Shown: positions 26,075 through 40,139 of the stretch, piece by piece
Numbering within the stretch: position 1 is the stretch's first letter
Layout of the letters: the number at the start of each line of letters is the position of its first letter
Assembly (NCBI GenBank): GCA_031835245.2
Contig: JAVKOQ020000110.1
Location: 62,001-126,000 of the forward strand
Reading direction: 5' to 3'
Source of the DNA: Balamuthia mandrillaris
Lineage: Eukaryota
Length of the DNA stretch: 64,000 nt
Notes under the pieces: generated by a model
Database searches by the model: none
Told to the model about the DNA's origin: nothing
Seen by the model: only the letters and a program-made list of their open reading frames with translations
Translations under genes and position numbers: made by a program

Positions 26075-27604
26075 TCATGTGTTTTCGGTTTGTGCCTCAT
26101 CTTCTTCCTTCTCTTCGTCTCGTTTTTCATGCTGTTCTGGTCTTTCTTTCTCGCCTTTGGCAGCAGGTGACGCCTGGTGCTTCGGTTCTTTTCGTGCTCT
26201 GCCACGTGAGGAAGGATGAGAGTCATGGCGATTATCTTCATCGCTCTCATCCTCGTCATCATATCTTTTGTTGTGTCGCTCTTCAGAGTTATCTCTGTGT
26301 TTGCGTTTGAGTGTGTCTTTGGTTCTTCCTCTCTCTGAATAGGTGGCCAGCAAAAAGGATGCGAAAGAGAGTAAATGAGAGAGAATGAGAGAGAGAGAGA
26401 GAGAGAAGAGAAAAGATAGATGCTTGGAGCAGTTAAAAAGAGGACAGAGGAGAAAAATGAGGTTACACGCAAACCTGGTAGTTCATGTAGAAACTTGCAA
26501 GAAGACCCTCTGGAGCACTCGCCTCTCTGATAATCTCGACACATTTCCACTGAGTTGCAGGGATGAAACAGAAAAGTTAAAGGAGGAAAGAAGAAGAAGA
26601 GGAAGAAAAAGAAGAAGAAGAAGAAGAAGAAGAAGAAGAAGAAGAAGAAGAAGAAGAAGAAGAAGAAGAAGAAGAAGAACAACAACAACAACAACAACAA
26701 CAACAAGAAAAAGAAAAACAACATAACAACAAAGGCAAGCGCGAAAGCAAGAGGAAGCGAGAGCAAGGGAGAGAGAGAGAGAGAGAAGAGAGAGAAGCAG
26801 CATACCAGAACTAGAACCAGCATGCACATAGCGACACAAATCCCCACGAGCACAACCGCCCCTCCTAAAGTCCCTACAGTACTCTCCACCAGGCCTTGCT
26901 CCTCCAACACCCACAGCAGATCCTGTTGTCGGTGTCGTCAAATAGGGAGAAGAAGAATAGGCTGATACAGAAGAAGAATAGGGAGAAGGATGAAGGTATT
27001 TGCAGGTAGCGCCCCTCTGGCACTTGCCCTGACGAAAGTCAGCGCAGACCTCCCTCACGTGGGCGTACTTGCACACGCTGCCGCGCTGACACCTTCCGCT
27101 TTGAAAGTCTCTGCAGAGGGTGGCGGTGGCGGCGGCGGCGTGTGACTGCCCGTCCTTTCCATGACGCTGAGGATGGGGGAGTGCCGCCCTTCCGTAGCCA
27201 ACGTCCTCTTCGGCGTAGGAGCGCTGCAACGCGTTGGGATGAAAAGGATTGGCCGCCGCCGCCGGTGGCTGTGCAAGAGGAAGGGCTAGGGGTGGCAGCA
27301 GCAGTTGTTGGTAGAGGGCTTGCTGAAGCTGCTGAGCGGAAAGAGAGAGCAGAGAGGCTTGGTCCAGCATCAAGAGGGGAAGGGCGGAAGGCGAAGGGAC
27401 CCCTGCGACGGGCTGAGGCTGAAGCCCTCCTCTTCCTCCTCCTCCTCCTCCAAAATAGTCATGATCCGAAGAAGTAGTAGTAGGGTAGTGAGCATGAGGA
27501 TGGGAGGATGAAGAAGAAGTGTAGCGAGGTGGTGGAGGTGTGTGACTGGTTGATCTTCCTCCTCCTCCTCCATAGGATGAACCTCTGCCGCCGTCGCCCT
27601 CCAT
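26075..27604 (-). CDS. CCCH zinc-finger RNA-binding protein (muscleblind-type C-x7-C-x5-C-x3-H fingers), 3 exons
   Basis: Four fingers: CRDFQSGRCQRGSVCKYAH, CADFRQGKCQRGATCKYLH, CRDFRRGGCARGDLCRYVH, CRDYQRGECSRGSSCKFLH. Confidence 0.9.
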
Positions 27605-28098
27605 TGAGTGAATGTAGTGTGCCACCCTTGCTTTGTCTTCTTTCTTTTATTGTCTCTTGCAGTACTTTCGGGAGCAGCTCAAATGCTGCACACAAACAGA
27701 ACCAATTGGTCAATCATTGAGCAGGGGTTTCCAACTTGTTCAAGAAAATTGCTCATTTTGTTCAGCAGACGTGCTCCATGTCTGGTTTGCTGCTCAAAAA
27801 AAGAACAAATTGGCCACAAGGTGACCAGCAAATATGGGTGTCTATTTTTCGTGGAAGCGAAGCAACATGGAGAAAGACAGCAAAGACAAGCAGCATACCG
27901 GCCGATAAGAGTGCAGCTCGCACGACATCCATTTCTTCGTGGAGCACCTACACACACACCACTGCACACACACACACACACGACAGTTGCCACCACATAA
28001 AGCGCATCGAGCTCATAGAAATCTGATTAGAGTAACATTTCTTCGTGGAGCAGCACTGCACACATACACGACAGCCAGCCACCCAATACAGCCCATCG

Positions 28099-28548
28099 AT
28101 GAACGACTTTGTGGGGACGTGGGCGGCCGCCAAGAACATGCACGGCGGCCCAGGCATGGACTACGCCCACCACACCCTGCTGGAGCTGAGGCTCCTGCCG
28201 GATGGCACCTTCACCAACACCTACACCGAAACCGCCTCTTATCCCCTCTCCGGCCGGCCTGCCAACGTCTCCAAAAAGGAGGAGCAAGGCACCTGGGCCT
28301 TGAAAAGGCCCACAGGGGGAGGAGAGGGACACCACCTGTTGCAGCTCTTGCTTGGGCCGGAGACCGGGGACCTTCCCTACCTGGAGCTGGAGCTGACGTT
28401 GCCTGCGGAAGGGGCCGCTTTTCCACCACCCAAGCTCTCCCCGCGTGGACTTGTGCCGGGCGGAAGAGGGTTGTTTGGCTCTTATTGGGTTACGATCGTT
28501 GGGTTTGGCGGTGGAGGGGGGCTGTTCCGGACATCCTCATCAACGTGA
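28099..28548 (+). CDS. Hypothetical small protein, possibly a lipocalin-like beta-barrel, intronless
   Basis: GC-rich codon-biased ORF; FVGTW...LRLLPDGTFT...QGTWAL pattern. Confidence 0.6.
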   Translation: MNDFVGTWAAAKNMHGGPGMDYAHHTLLELRLLPDGTFTNTYTETASYPLSGRPANVSKKEEQGTWALKRPTGGGEGHHLLQLLLGPETGDLPYLELELTLPAEGAAFPPPKLSPRGLVPGGRGLFGSYWVTIVGFGGGGGLFRTSSST

Positions 28549-29061
28549 GGTCCGAAACTAAAGAAAAACCTTTGTAAACATGCTTCAAAGAAGAAGAAGA
28601 AGAAGAAGAAGAACCAAGAAGAAGAAGAAGAAGAAGAACAAGAAGAAGAACAAGAAGAAGAAAAGAAAAATGAAAGAACACTGTAAAAAAATCCTCGTAT
28701 CGATAAAAACTTCAAAATTGTACGATACTTCTTGTTTGGTGAACAATATTCATGATTGCTGCCAAAAATCGGCAACCAGCCAAAATAATTAAAATACTTT
28801 GCAATAATTGAATAATAATTGAAAAAAAACAAAGGCCAGAACGCCGAAGAAGCGCGTCTGCACAAGAAGTATGCTGCCCCTTCCCTCTCTTCTCCTTCTT
28901 CCGTTCTTCTTCTTCTTCTTTCCGTTTTATGCTTTTGTGTTTTGTAGGACCGTCCGGTCTTAACCTCTCAGCGCTTTGTGTATGGCGTTTATATGCTTAT
29001 ATGTCCTCTTCCTCCGTATACTGAATTTGTTTTTTCCAATGATGTGCGTTCAGTGAGTTCG

Positions 29062-29215
29062 ATGGACGCAAAGAACAAGCTGAGCCCTTATGCTCATGCT
29101 GTGGCTGGGTTGGGCGCCGGTATGATCGCCACCATCACCACCTATCCGCTCGATCTCATCAAAACCAGATTTCAAGGTTTGTCGCTCCATCTTCGTTTGC
29201 TCTCTGCTCTCTGCT

Positions 29216-29250
<35 letters not shown>

Positions 29251-29344
29251 ATCTCTCTCGCCCTTCTCTTTTGTCGTTTCTCTTTCTCTTTCTCTTTCTC
29301 TTTCTCTTTCTCTTTCTCTTTCTCTTTCTCTTTCTCTTTCTCTT

Positions 29345-29375
<31 letters not shown>

Positions 29376-30749
29376 TTTTCTGTCTTTACTCATCACTCTT
29401 TTCCAGTGCAAACAAAGTGGAAGAACGCAACCATCATGCCGACCTCCACACCACCAACACAAGCGAACATTCGGTATCGGTCGTTGGCGCAAGCGCTGGC
29501 CACGGTGGCGCGGACGGAGGGGCTGGCAGGGCTCTATGCGGGCTTCTCGCCGAACTTGGTTGGCTCTGGAGCTTCTTGGGGACTTTATTTCTTCTTGTAG
29601 GTCTCCTCCTCTCGTTCTTTGACTCCATCTTCTTCTCCTCTTTGCTTCTCTCGTTCTCTCGTTCTCTCTTCTCTCTTCTCTTTGCTTTGCTTTGCTCTTT
29701 CCTCATATCTCCGCAGCTACAACAAGATAAAACGGAGTTTGGCGGGAGCAGAGCGAAAGGAGTTGAGCGCTGGGATGCATTTACTGGCTGGCGCGGTTGC
29801 GGGAGTGCTGGTCTCCACAGCTACAAATCCTATTTGGGTACGAGTCAACGTCTTTTTGTTCGTTGTTCTGGTTCTGTTTTGCGTTGTCCTCGTCCTTGCA
29901 TAACCTGAGAGCCAGTAAAAAAAGATCGAACGAGTAGAAGCACACTATTCATGCTCCAGTAACAACAGGTGATAAAAACAAGAATGCAAACACAAGCGTA
30001 TGGCGACAAAGATAACTACAAAGGCCTCATGGGTACTTCTCCGCTCTTTTATCCTTTGTCGTTTCGTGCTTTCCTTCTTGTCGTTTCTTTCTTTTTTTAA
30101 GTTTTCTCTTGGGGGATACATGAAAACAGATGGCTTGTGGCGGTTATGGCGAGAAGAGGGCATTCGTGGACTTTATCGTGGCTACATTCCAGCATTGTTT
30201 GGAGTGTCGCACGGCGCTGTGCAGTTCATGGCTTACGAAGAGTTGCGTAAGGTGTGGACGGAGCATTTGCGCACACACAATGGCGACGTGCAAATGGTAA
30301 GTGCATCACTTTCTATTATTCTTCGTTGTGGTTGTTAGTCTCTGGACAATCCTTTGACTTCATTTTCTTCATTTCCCAAACAAAAAGGGATCACTGCATT
30401 ACATGGCAATGGGGGCTGGATCGAAGGTATTTGCTTCAGTGGTCACCTATCCTTATCAAGTCATCAAGTCTCGGTTGCAGGTTTGCTTTGGTTTTTTGCT
30501 TCTTTGTCAAACACACATTTAATAATGTTATCATCTTGTGGCTTTGTTTCAACACTTGAAAAAAAAAACAAATAGCAAAAAGGGAGTCAATACAATGGAG
30601 TGATGCATTGCATTAAAGACACGATGAAGAAGGAAGGAACAGCAGGTTTCTTTCGAGGAATAGTTCCAAACGTGCTCAAAGTGTTACCTGGTGCTGCTAT
30701 CACTTTCATGGCTTACGAGAATATCGCCAAACTTCTTCATCATCTTTAA
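29062..30749 (+). CDS. Mitochondrial carrier, folate/FAD transporter-like (SLC25A32/Flx1 group), multi-exon
   Basis: Three PxD/ExxK/R-type signatures (YPLDLIKTRFQ, NPIW|VIKTRMQ, YPYQVIKSRLQ). GSGASWGLYFF and GVSHGAVQFMAYEEL match the folate-carrier subfamily. Confidence 0.9.
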
Positions 30750-30814
30750 GCAAATGTGGTAAAGTCAAGCCTTTGCGCTTCTCTTTCATTCTATTTCATG
30801 CACAGACAATGAGG

Positions 30815-31055
30815 AGAAGAAGAAGAAGAAGAAGAAGAAGAAGAAGAAGAAGAAGAAGAAGAAGAAGAACAAGAAGAAGAAGAAGAAGAACAAGAAGAAG
30901 AACAAGAACAAGAACAAGAAGAAGAAGCAGAAGAAGAAGAAGAAGCAGAAGAAGAAGAAGAAGAAGAAGCAGAAGAAGAAGAAGAAGAAGAAGCAGAAGA
31001 AGAAGCAGAAGAAGAAGAACAAGAAGAAAAAGAAGAAGAACAAGAAGAAGAAGAA
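30815..31055. repeat. (GAA)n-based microsatellite between convergent genes
   Basis: Directly visible, with GCA/CAA interruptions. Confidence 0.95.
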
Positions 31056-31294
31056 CGTTATAGACGGAAAACTCACTGATGGTGAGAACCAGGCCACCAA
31101 GAGTGTTGGCCTCGACCTGGCCAGGCCCGAGTCTGGTGCACAGGGTTCCTTCTACCCGCTTACACCGCTGCGGGGCGTTTCGTGCCATCATCTCTCGATG
31201 TGTTTTCATCGGCAGTAAGGAAGGAGCGGATTTCAAGGTAAAAACGTTCGTTCCTCCTCACAGGACAAATAGAAGAAACACAGGCGTGGTATGT

Positions 31295-33254
31295 TTAATG
31301 AAACAAGTCGGGCAAGCGAACAGAAAACAGTTCCTCCGCATTATCGAACACTTGCCAGAGGGTCTTGTCCAGGTCTCGAAAGGTAACTTGCCATCGTCTT
31401 GCTTCTCGTTCTGCTCGGTCATCCACTTCTCCCTCCTTTTCATTCCTTTCATCTTCTGTCTTCTCTTCCGCTTGACTCTCTTCGTTGAGTTTATCTTCGA
31501 CGCTTCCTTCTTCTGTTACTTGCTCTATTTCTTTTACTTCCTCTGCATTCTCTTGTAATTGCTCTGTATCTTTCGCTGCTTCCTCTTCACCCTTCTCGAT
31601 CTCTTGCATCTCTTTCGCTATTTCCTCTGCTTTCTTTTCATCCTCTTTCATTTCTTTCTCTGCTTCATTATTCTTTTCATCTGCCATCCTTCCTTGTTCT
31701 TCCTGTGTTTCTTCGATCGTCGTTAATATTGCTTCTTTCACTTGTTCGTTCTCTGCAATCAAAGCCTTCTCTTTGGGTGCGAGTGCGTTTTTCCTCGCTT
31801 CTTCTTCTTCTTTTTCTTTTTGTAATGCCTCTCGTTGTTTAAGTACCATCTTTGGGTTTTCAGGCGCTCTTCTGATGAAAATGGCGAGCACTTGGTTCGG
31901 GTAGGCTCGAGCCAAGTCTCCATAAACTTCAGGATCCATCTCACCGCTGTCGCCTACAAAGATAAACTTTCTGGAATGTGAAGAATGTTGGTACCGGTAC
32001 TCTTGTCCTCGCCTCCTCTTCTTCTCTTCTCTTCTCTATCTCCGCTTCGCTAGTTCTCTCTTCTCACACAAAAATGAAAGAAAGCCGACAAACCTTTCTG
32101 GAAACATCTGCAACAGCGGCTCTATCGCCCTCTGCTTAAAGGTGTAAGGTGGCGTCCAGGCCGCCTGCACTGCAGAACTGTCCTTTATCCGAAAGTGTCG
32201 CAGGTGCATGCTCCCCTTGGGAAAGCCTTTCTCCTCCAAGAAACTCTTTAACAATCCGCAGAGCTGCCATGGACTTCCACTCACGTAGTGAAACCTCGTC
32301 GTCGTTTGTTTTGCCTCCTTTTCTCCGTTCTTCATCAGTTCTTCGTCTTCATCCTTCTCTTTCTTCTTCTCTGCTGCTTCTTTGTATTCCAGTTCGGCTT
32401 TTTCGTCGTAACGCGCCCCATTCCTCACTTCTCCTTCTCCTTCTTCTGCCCTTCCTCCTTCTGCTCCTTGAAGGTCTATTCGCCGCCACCTTTGATAGAG
32501 CCGAGCCATTCCAGGCACCGCCTCGAACGGCCGCATGAACGTGTTCTGCATGAGCAGCTTCTTGTCCGCCACGTGACTGACTTTGATGGTGTCGTCGATG
32601 TCGGATATGACGGAGAGCCCTCTGCCGGTCATTCGAAGCGCCTCTCCCTCAAAGCTTCTCGTTTGTTCTCCTGAAGGAACCGAACGAAAACGAATCCATT
32701 CGCCTTCCTCGCCTCCTGCTTCTTTGTTGCAGCGAAGGAGAACCTTGTCTGTGAAATGCCCGTTTGGAGAAGAGAGTGAAGAGAGCACTACCGTTCGTTC
32801 TTGTTGTTCTTCTTCATCTACTGCTTCTTCGGTTCGTGGTCGTTGTTGCTGTGGAGGAAGAAAAGCAATGGAGATGCGTTTGCCGCGTCGATTATCGACA
32901 AAGAAGGAGGCTATGCGTTGTTGGAAGAGGGCTTGAGCCTCTGGGCTCGCCTTGCCCACCCCCAAGCTGTTGGCCAACAACCGCCGGCCGGCCCGTCGGA
33001 ACGGGTCGTCCGTCTTTGGATGGAAGAGCCGGCCGTGGACCTGGACCAGCAGAGAGGAAGGGCCGCCGGGAAGGGCCGCCGGTGTTGGCCGGAACGGCCA
33101 AGCTCGGGAAGAACTCGATCACTTCCTCTTTGCGGTGGACCGTCTCCCAACCAGGAGCCAACACGTACCACAACCAGTACAAGAAGCAAAGAAGGAACAG
33201 CCAGCAAAAAGCTGGGTCGGGTTGGGGCAAGAAGAACAAGGAGAAGAACCACAT
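31295..33254 (-). pseudogene. App1-like phosphatidate phosphatase (DUF2183), frameshifted by a 13-bp tandem duplication
   Basis: SVISDIDDTIKVS, FHYVSGSPWQL, GSMHLR, FIFVGDSGEMDPEVY, IFIR. The N-terminal frame (IEFFPSLAV) joins the VQVHGRLFHP frame only if one copy of the 13-mer at 33056-33081 is removed. Confidence 0.8.
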
Positions 33255-33419
33255 CTCTCTCTCTTTTTCTTTCGTTGTTGAAATTCTAGAATGTGTCAAA
33301 ATTATCAACAATATGTAACAATTATCAATAATTTGGAAAAATTATCAAGGATTATTACTGATAGTAGACTTTTTTGTCGAAGTTTCAACAATTATTGTGC
33401 AATCATACGATTGGTCAGC

Positions 33420-34914
33420 ATCGAATGGGACAGCCCACACACGCTCCCATCTCTTCCTTCTTCCAGTTTTAGTACAGTTTTGTCCTGGGCGGACGTGGAC
33501 CAAGACAACCTCCTCGACTTGTCCCTCTTCGGGGGTGGTGTGTGGTTGTACCACAACGAAAGAAACTGGAGTTTTTCAGACATGACAACAGCTTTTCCTG
33601 GCCACTCACTCCCTGGTTTCCACAATAATGCCCATGGCAAGTGGGCTGACTTCAACCAGGACGGCTTCCCTGACCTTCTTGCATGGGGCCAAGTAGGCAC
33701 GGACGAGTACTTTGTCCGATTGTGGAGGAACAACCAAGGGAGGAACTTCACCGATGTGACCAGTGATCTTCCTGCTCTAGCTCCGTGTCAATCCACCAAC
33801 GATAACTCTTGTATGATGGAATGGGGAGACTTTGATGGAGACAACCGGGTGGACCTCTTCATCGCTTATTCTTATATTTCTGATGGTGCCAGAACGGTCT
33901 GCCTCAACAATGGAGACCAACCCACCACATTCACCGAGGTGGATGTCTCTGCCACCTTTGCTAGCACGCTTGGTACTGGAGAAGTGCGAGCAGGAGATGT
34001 AGACGGGGATGGGAAGGATGACCTGGTGTGCCTGAACGGCTTCTCTGGGTTGTATCGCAGCAACGGGGATGGGACCTTCACGGACGAATCGGAAGACATC
34101 TTTGCAGAGGGCAACATCCCTTTCCCTTCTCTTCAACAAGGCAGTGCGGATTGGGGAGATGTCAATGGGGACCAGCGTTTGGACTTGGTGGTCTGCGGCA
34201 TGACCACGGAACCGTTCTCAGCAGTGTTTGTGCAGACGGAGGCAGGGCAGTTGCGGGACAGCACAGCCGAGTTGTTTCCAGGAGGATTGTTGCCACAAGT
34301 TAGCGGCTGCGCAGTGCGCTTCGTGGATTATGATGGTGATGGCCATCAGTGGTAACTCCGGAGCATTGTTGCGAAACAATGGATCCATCTTTGAAGGTTT
34401 GTGGTGGTTCATTATTGTTTTGCACCTTGTTCTCGGGATGAATGAGAAGTTGACACACACACACACACACACTCTCTCTCTTTCTATTCTCCTTTGCTTA
34501 TGGATGAGAGCAGATGTGACAGGCGTGGAGTTTGGCAGCCCCTCTCCGTTTCAAGCATATGCCTATATGGCGTGGGTTGATGCGGATGGCAACAGGTCTC
34601 CTGACTTTTCCTCCATCAGTCTAAACGGTGTTATCCAGCTGCAGAGGAACACCAGAGCCTTCCCACAAGACGAAAGCTCTTCCTCTTCCTCTTCACCAAG
34701 CAACTCTTTATCTTCTTCCTCCGCTTCTTCATCAGAGAGCAATGAGTCAGATGACAGAGACAGTGAGGATGACAGTGATAACGATGAGGATGACTTGTGG
34801 TGGCAAGTGACGGTGCCAGTGGTGGTGGTAGTGTTTGTGGGCTTGTGTGTGGTGGTGGCCTTGCTTGCCGTCATCCTGCTGAAGAAGAAAAAAAAGAGTC
34901 AGCAATCGTTGTGA
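33420..34914 (+). pseudogene. FG-GAP/VCBS-repeat single-pass membrane protein; frameshifted and apparently 5'-truncated
   Basis: Repeats WADFNQDGFPDLL, WGDFDGDNRVDLF, GDVDGDGKDDLV, WGDVNGDQRLDLV. A stop at 34353 falls mid-repeat, and the repeat continues in another frame. C-terminal TM followed by KKKKK. No signal peptide is evident. Confidence 0.7.
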
Positions 34915-35088
34915 TGGAAAAGAGGTGTTGCAATAAACAACTTGGCTACAAACGTGTTCTCGTGATCGTTGTTTACAGGAGACTCGAAACAAGAGTGGTG
35001 ATTGAAGAGAGAGAGAGAGAGAGAAGCTAGAGAAGTGTGAGAGACGTGCAAGAAATGAATAATGAAATAGGTTTGCAAGAAACAGTGT

Positions 35089-37091
<2,003 letters not shown>

Positions 37092-37312
37092 TGTTGCTTT
37101 CTTTCTTTAATGTCTACAAAAATGGCCCACCACAAGAGGACAAAAAGAACACAAATTGCGCACCTCCGATCTTATAGATCAGTCATTTTTGCTGACGTGG
37201 CTTCATGAGTTGACCAATCAGCTGATTGTTTTGAATGTTTTGATCTTTCCCACATTATCAAACCACCAACCAAAAATCAAAACAGGGGACTCATTGCGGT
37301 AATGCACCGACA

Positions 37313-39460
37313 ATGAAAGAAGAATCTCACAAGGCTTCACCATGGTGGGTGCCGCTCCTTCTCGCCGTTGCCGTGGCTGCGCTCGCCATCTGCTGCGTGT
37401 TCTTCTTCCCCCTCGAACAACCTCCCCCGAAAGATCTTGTGCGAGAAGGGCGGAACCGGTTCGATGCCACCGCGAGGAAGTACGACCCCACGCAACAACT
37501 GACCTTTCCTTGGGCCTCTTCTCTCCCTGAGCACAAGGTCGAAGAAGCAGAAGACGTGTTGGGTTTGGCAGCAAAGGTCATCCAAGCGGGACGCCCCGTT
37601 GTGCTGCGAAACCTTTCATCTTATTTGCAGAAGGCTGGTTGGGCGGTCTTTCAAAAGTGGAGAGACGACAAGTATTTGGAGGAAGCGTTCGGAGAGAAGG
37701 GAGAACAAGAAGAAGGACTGTTGCGGGTTCATGTGAGTCAGCGCCCCACAGTGAGGATGCATAGCGCTGTGCAGCCGTTGGGAAAGGTGGAGGGAGTGGC
37801 CTGGTTTCGTCCGTGGACGGTTCGCCTTATCTCTCTGTCTCCCTTTCGAACACTTTTCTTACACGTTGCTTTCTTGTCACGTCCTCCTTCATTGCTCTTT
37901 TCTCTGTGTGCGCCCTCTTCGTCGCTCTCCTCTCTTCGTCGTTCGCTTCTCTTCTCTCCTTGTTTTCTTCTTTCTACAGATGGAGAACATGACTTGGAGA
38001 GAGTTTCATCAACATTCGGTCTCTGCCAAACAGCACAACACCAAAGAGGACGAGGCAACAGCTGCGAAGCAAAAGTATGTCTACTTCTTCAGTCATTTGA
38101 AGGACTTACCTCCCCAGATGCGAGATGGCGTTGGAGACTCGAGCATGCTGACCGTTCCTTGGAGAGTTGTGTGGGAGATGAACGTTTGGATGGTTAGAGG
38201 TTTCTCCGTTCTTCTAGTCTGCTTTTCTTTTCGGCATTTATTCACTTCTCCTTCTTTTATTACTTTGTTATAAAGGGAGGACCATGCATAACAACACCGG
38301 CCCATTACGACGTGTTGCACAACTTTTACGTTCAAGTACGTGGGCAAAAACGATTTCTCCTGTTTGATCCCGCCCAACACGAAGCCCTTTATCTTTTTCC
38401 TCGACTTCATCCTTCAACAAGAATGTCCCAAGTTCCTCTGGATGACTTCCTGTTCGACCAACACCAGCTTCAACAAGTTTTTCCACGTACTTATGCTTCT
38501 TCTCTTGTCACTCATTCTCGCTTCTCTCGTTCGCTCGTTCTCTGCTTGTTGACTTTTGCCTTCTTTAACAGATTTCAACAATAACGAAGCGAAAGCCGAA
38601 GAAGTAGTGCTACAACCAGGAGATGTGCTTTACATTCCCCCCTACTGGTTTCATCACGTCTCAGCCGTAGGTAACACCACCAGCATTTCTCTCAGCGTTC
38701 ACACCGAGTCTGAAGCTTGTCGTGTGCGAGATGCCATGATGGACTATCCCATTCCTCCCATCATCTCCACTTGGCATCGTAAAACCAAAATCGCGGCCTT
38801 GAACATCTACTTTTGCCACCTTATTTCTACTTCTTCTTCTTCTTGTTCTTCTTCTTCTTCTTCTTCTTCTTCTTCTTCTTCTTCTTCTTCTTCTTCTTCT
38901 TTATGTGCGGAATACTTCCGACGGTTGGTGCAAGCTCGTTATTCACACTTTGAAGAAGATAGCACATGGGTTGATGGGCTTTGGCAAAAAGTGATGGACC
39001 GAAGAGACCAGTTTCGGTTGATGGTGGGCGAGAGAGGAGAGAGAAAGGACGAGTTTTATCTTTCCTCTCATTTATCTTCTCTGTTGGAAGCACATGCACG
39101 GGTTTGTTTACTTTACTTTCTATCAGTTCCTTTTTTCGTTTCTCTTTCTCTTTTTTGATGACCTTGTTCTTCATTCTTTCCAACTGATGACACTCGATAA
39201 AACAGAATTTTGTAGGACGAATGCAAGTGTTGGGCAGTGATGAATGGTGGCAATCGCCTCAGAAAGACATTGAACTCGCTAACTATATCGAAGTATTTGC
39301 CTCTCATCTTTTCTCATCCACAACGCACTCATAAAACAAACCAAAACAACTAATACATCATTAAAAGGACGTTTGTGGCACCCTATTGGAACCGTTGGAC
39401 GTGGACGGTTTTCTGCGTGCGATGGTAGTATTGAATGGCGGTGCGAGCGTGTGGGCATGA
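37313..39460 (+). CDS. JmjC (cupin-8, FIH/JMJD8-like) hydroxylase with N-terminal signal anchor, multi-exon
   Basis: GRPVVLRN, NVWM|G, TPAHYDVLHNFYVQVRGQKRFLLFDP, LQPGDVLYIPPYWFHHVSA (HxD...H triad). The last two exons were reconstructed to TGA 39458-39460. Confidence 0.88.
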
Positions 39461-40139
39461 CCACAAAAACAAACAACCCTGGAGATACGACATAGAGAGC
39501 TAGAAGAGAGACTCTATTTGACTTTAATAGTACCAGCTATAGTGCCAGTATCACCAACGCTGCCAGCTTGACCCCTGGGCCACCTGCTTAACGACCACCG
39601 TGCCCACAAACTTATTGCCCGTCACAGTTCCTTGATATCTTTGGAAAAGTATTGCGTTACAAAACCAAACCCACTCAAAAATAACAAAGGACCGCAATAA
39701 AACCTGTTGACTTGTCCATGGAGAAGGTGGCAGTGACGTTCAGTTGCTTTTGTTGTTGAAGTGGTTGGGGATAAACCGCGGTTCCTCCGCTGGTCCCGTG
39801 CTGTGGATAGTGTTGCTGAGTTTGTGCGAGAACCGGATAGTATGCACGGAAGTTGTTGCTGAAGTGGACTTCCAAACATAACATTTTGGTGTTGGTGTGG
39901 CATGGAACGAACGTCGTAAAGTGGTGGTTGGTAACGTTGCGGAGGCAGACCGTCGAGCGATGCAATCTGTAGTGAAGAACCACCGGGATACATGTTCTTG
40001 TATTGAGGATAAGCAGGAGCACAACCCCTGCCTGGTTGTTGCAACGGTGGAGCTCCACACATACCGTATTGCGGTGGCGCACTTCGTTATTTGTTTAGAA
40101 GATTCCCCTGAGAGAGAGAGACCAAAGTTACCTTTTATT

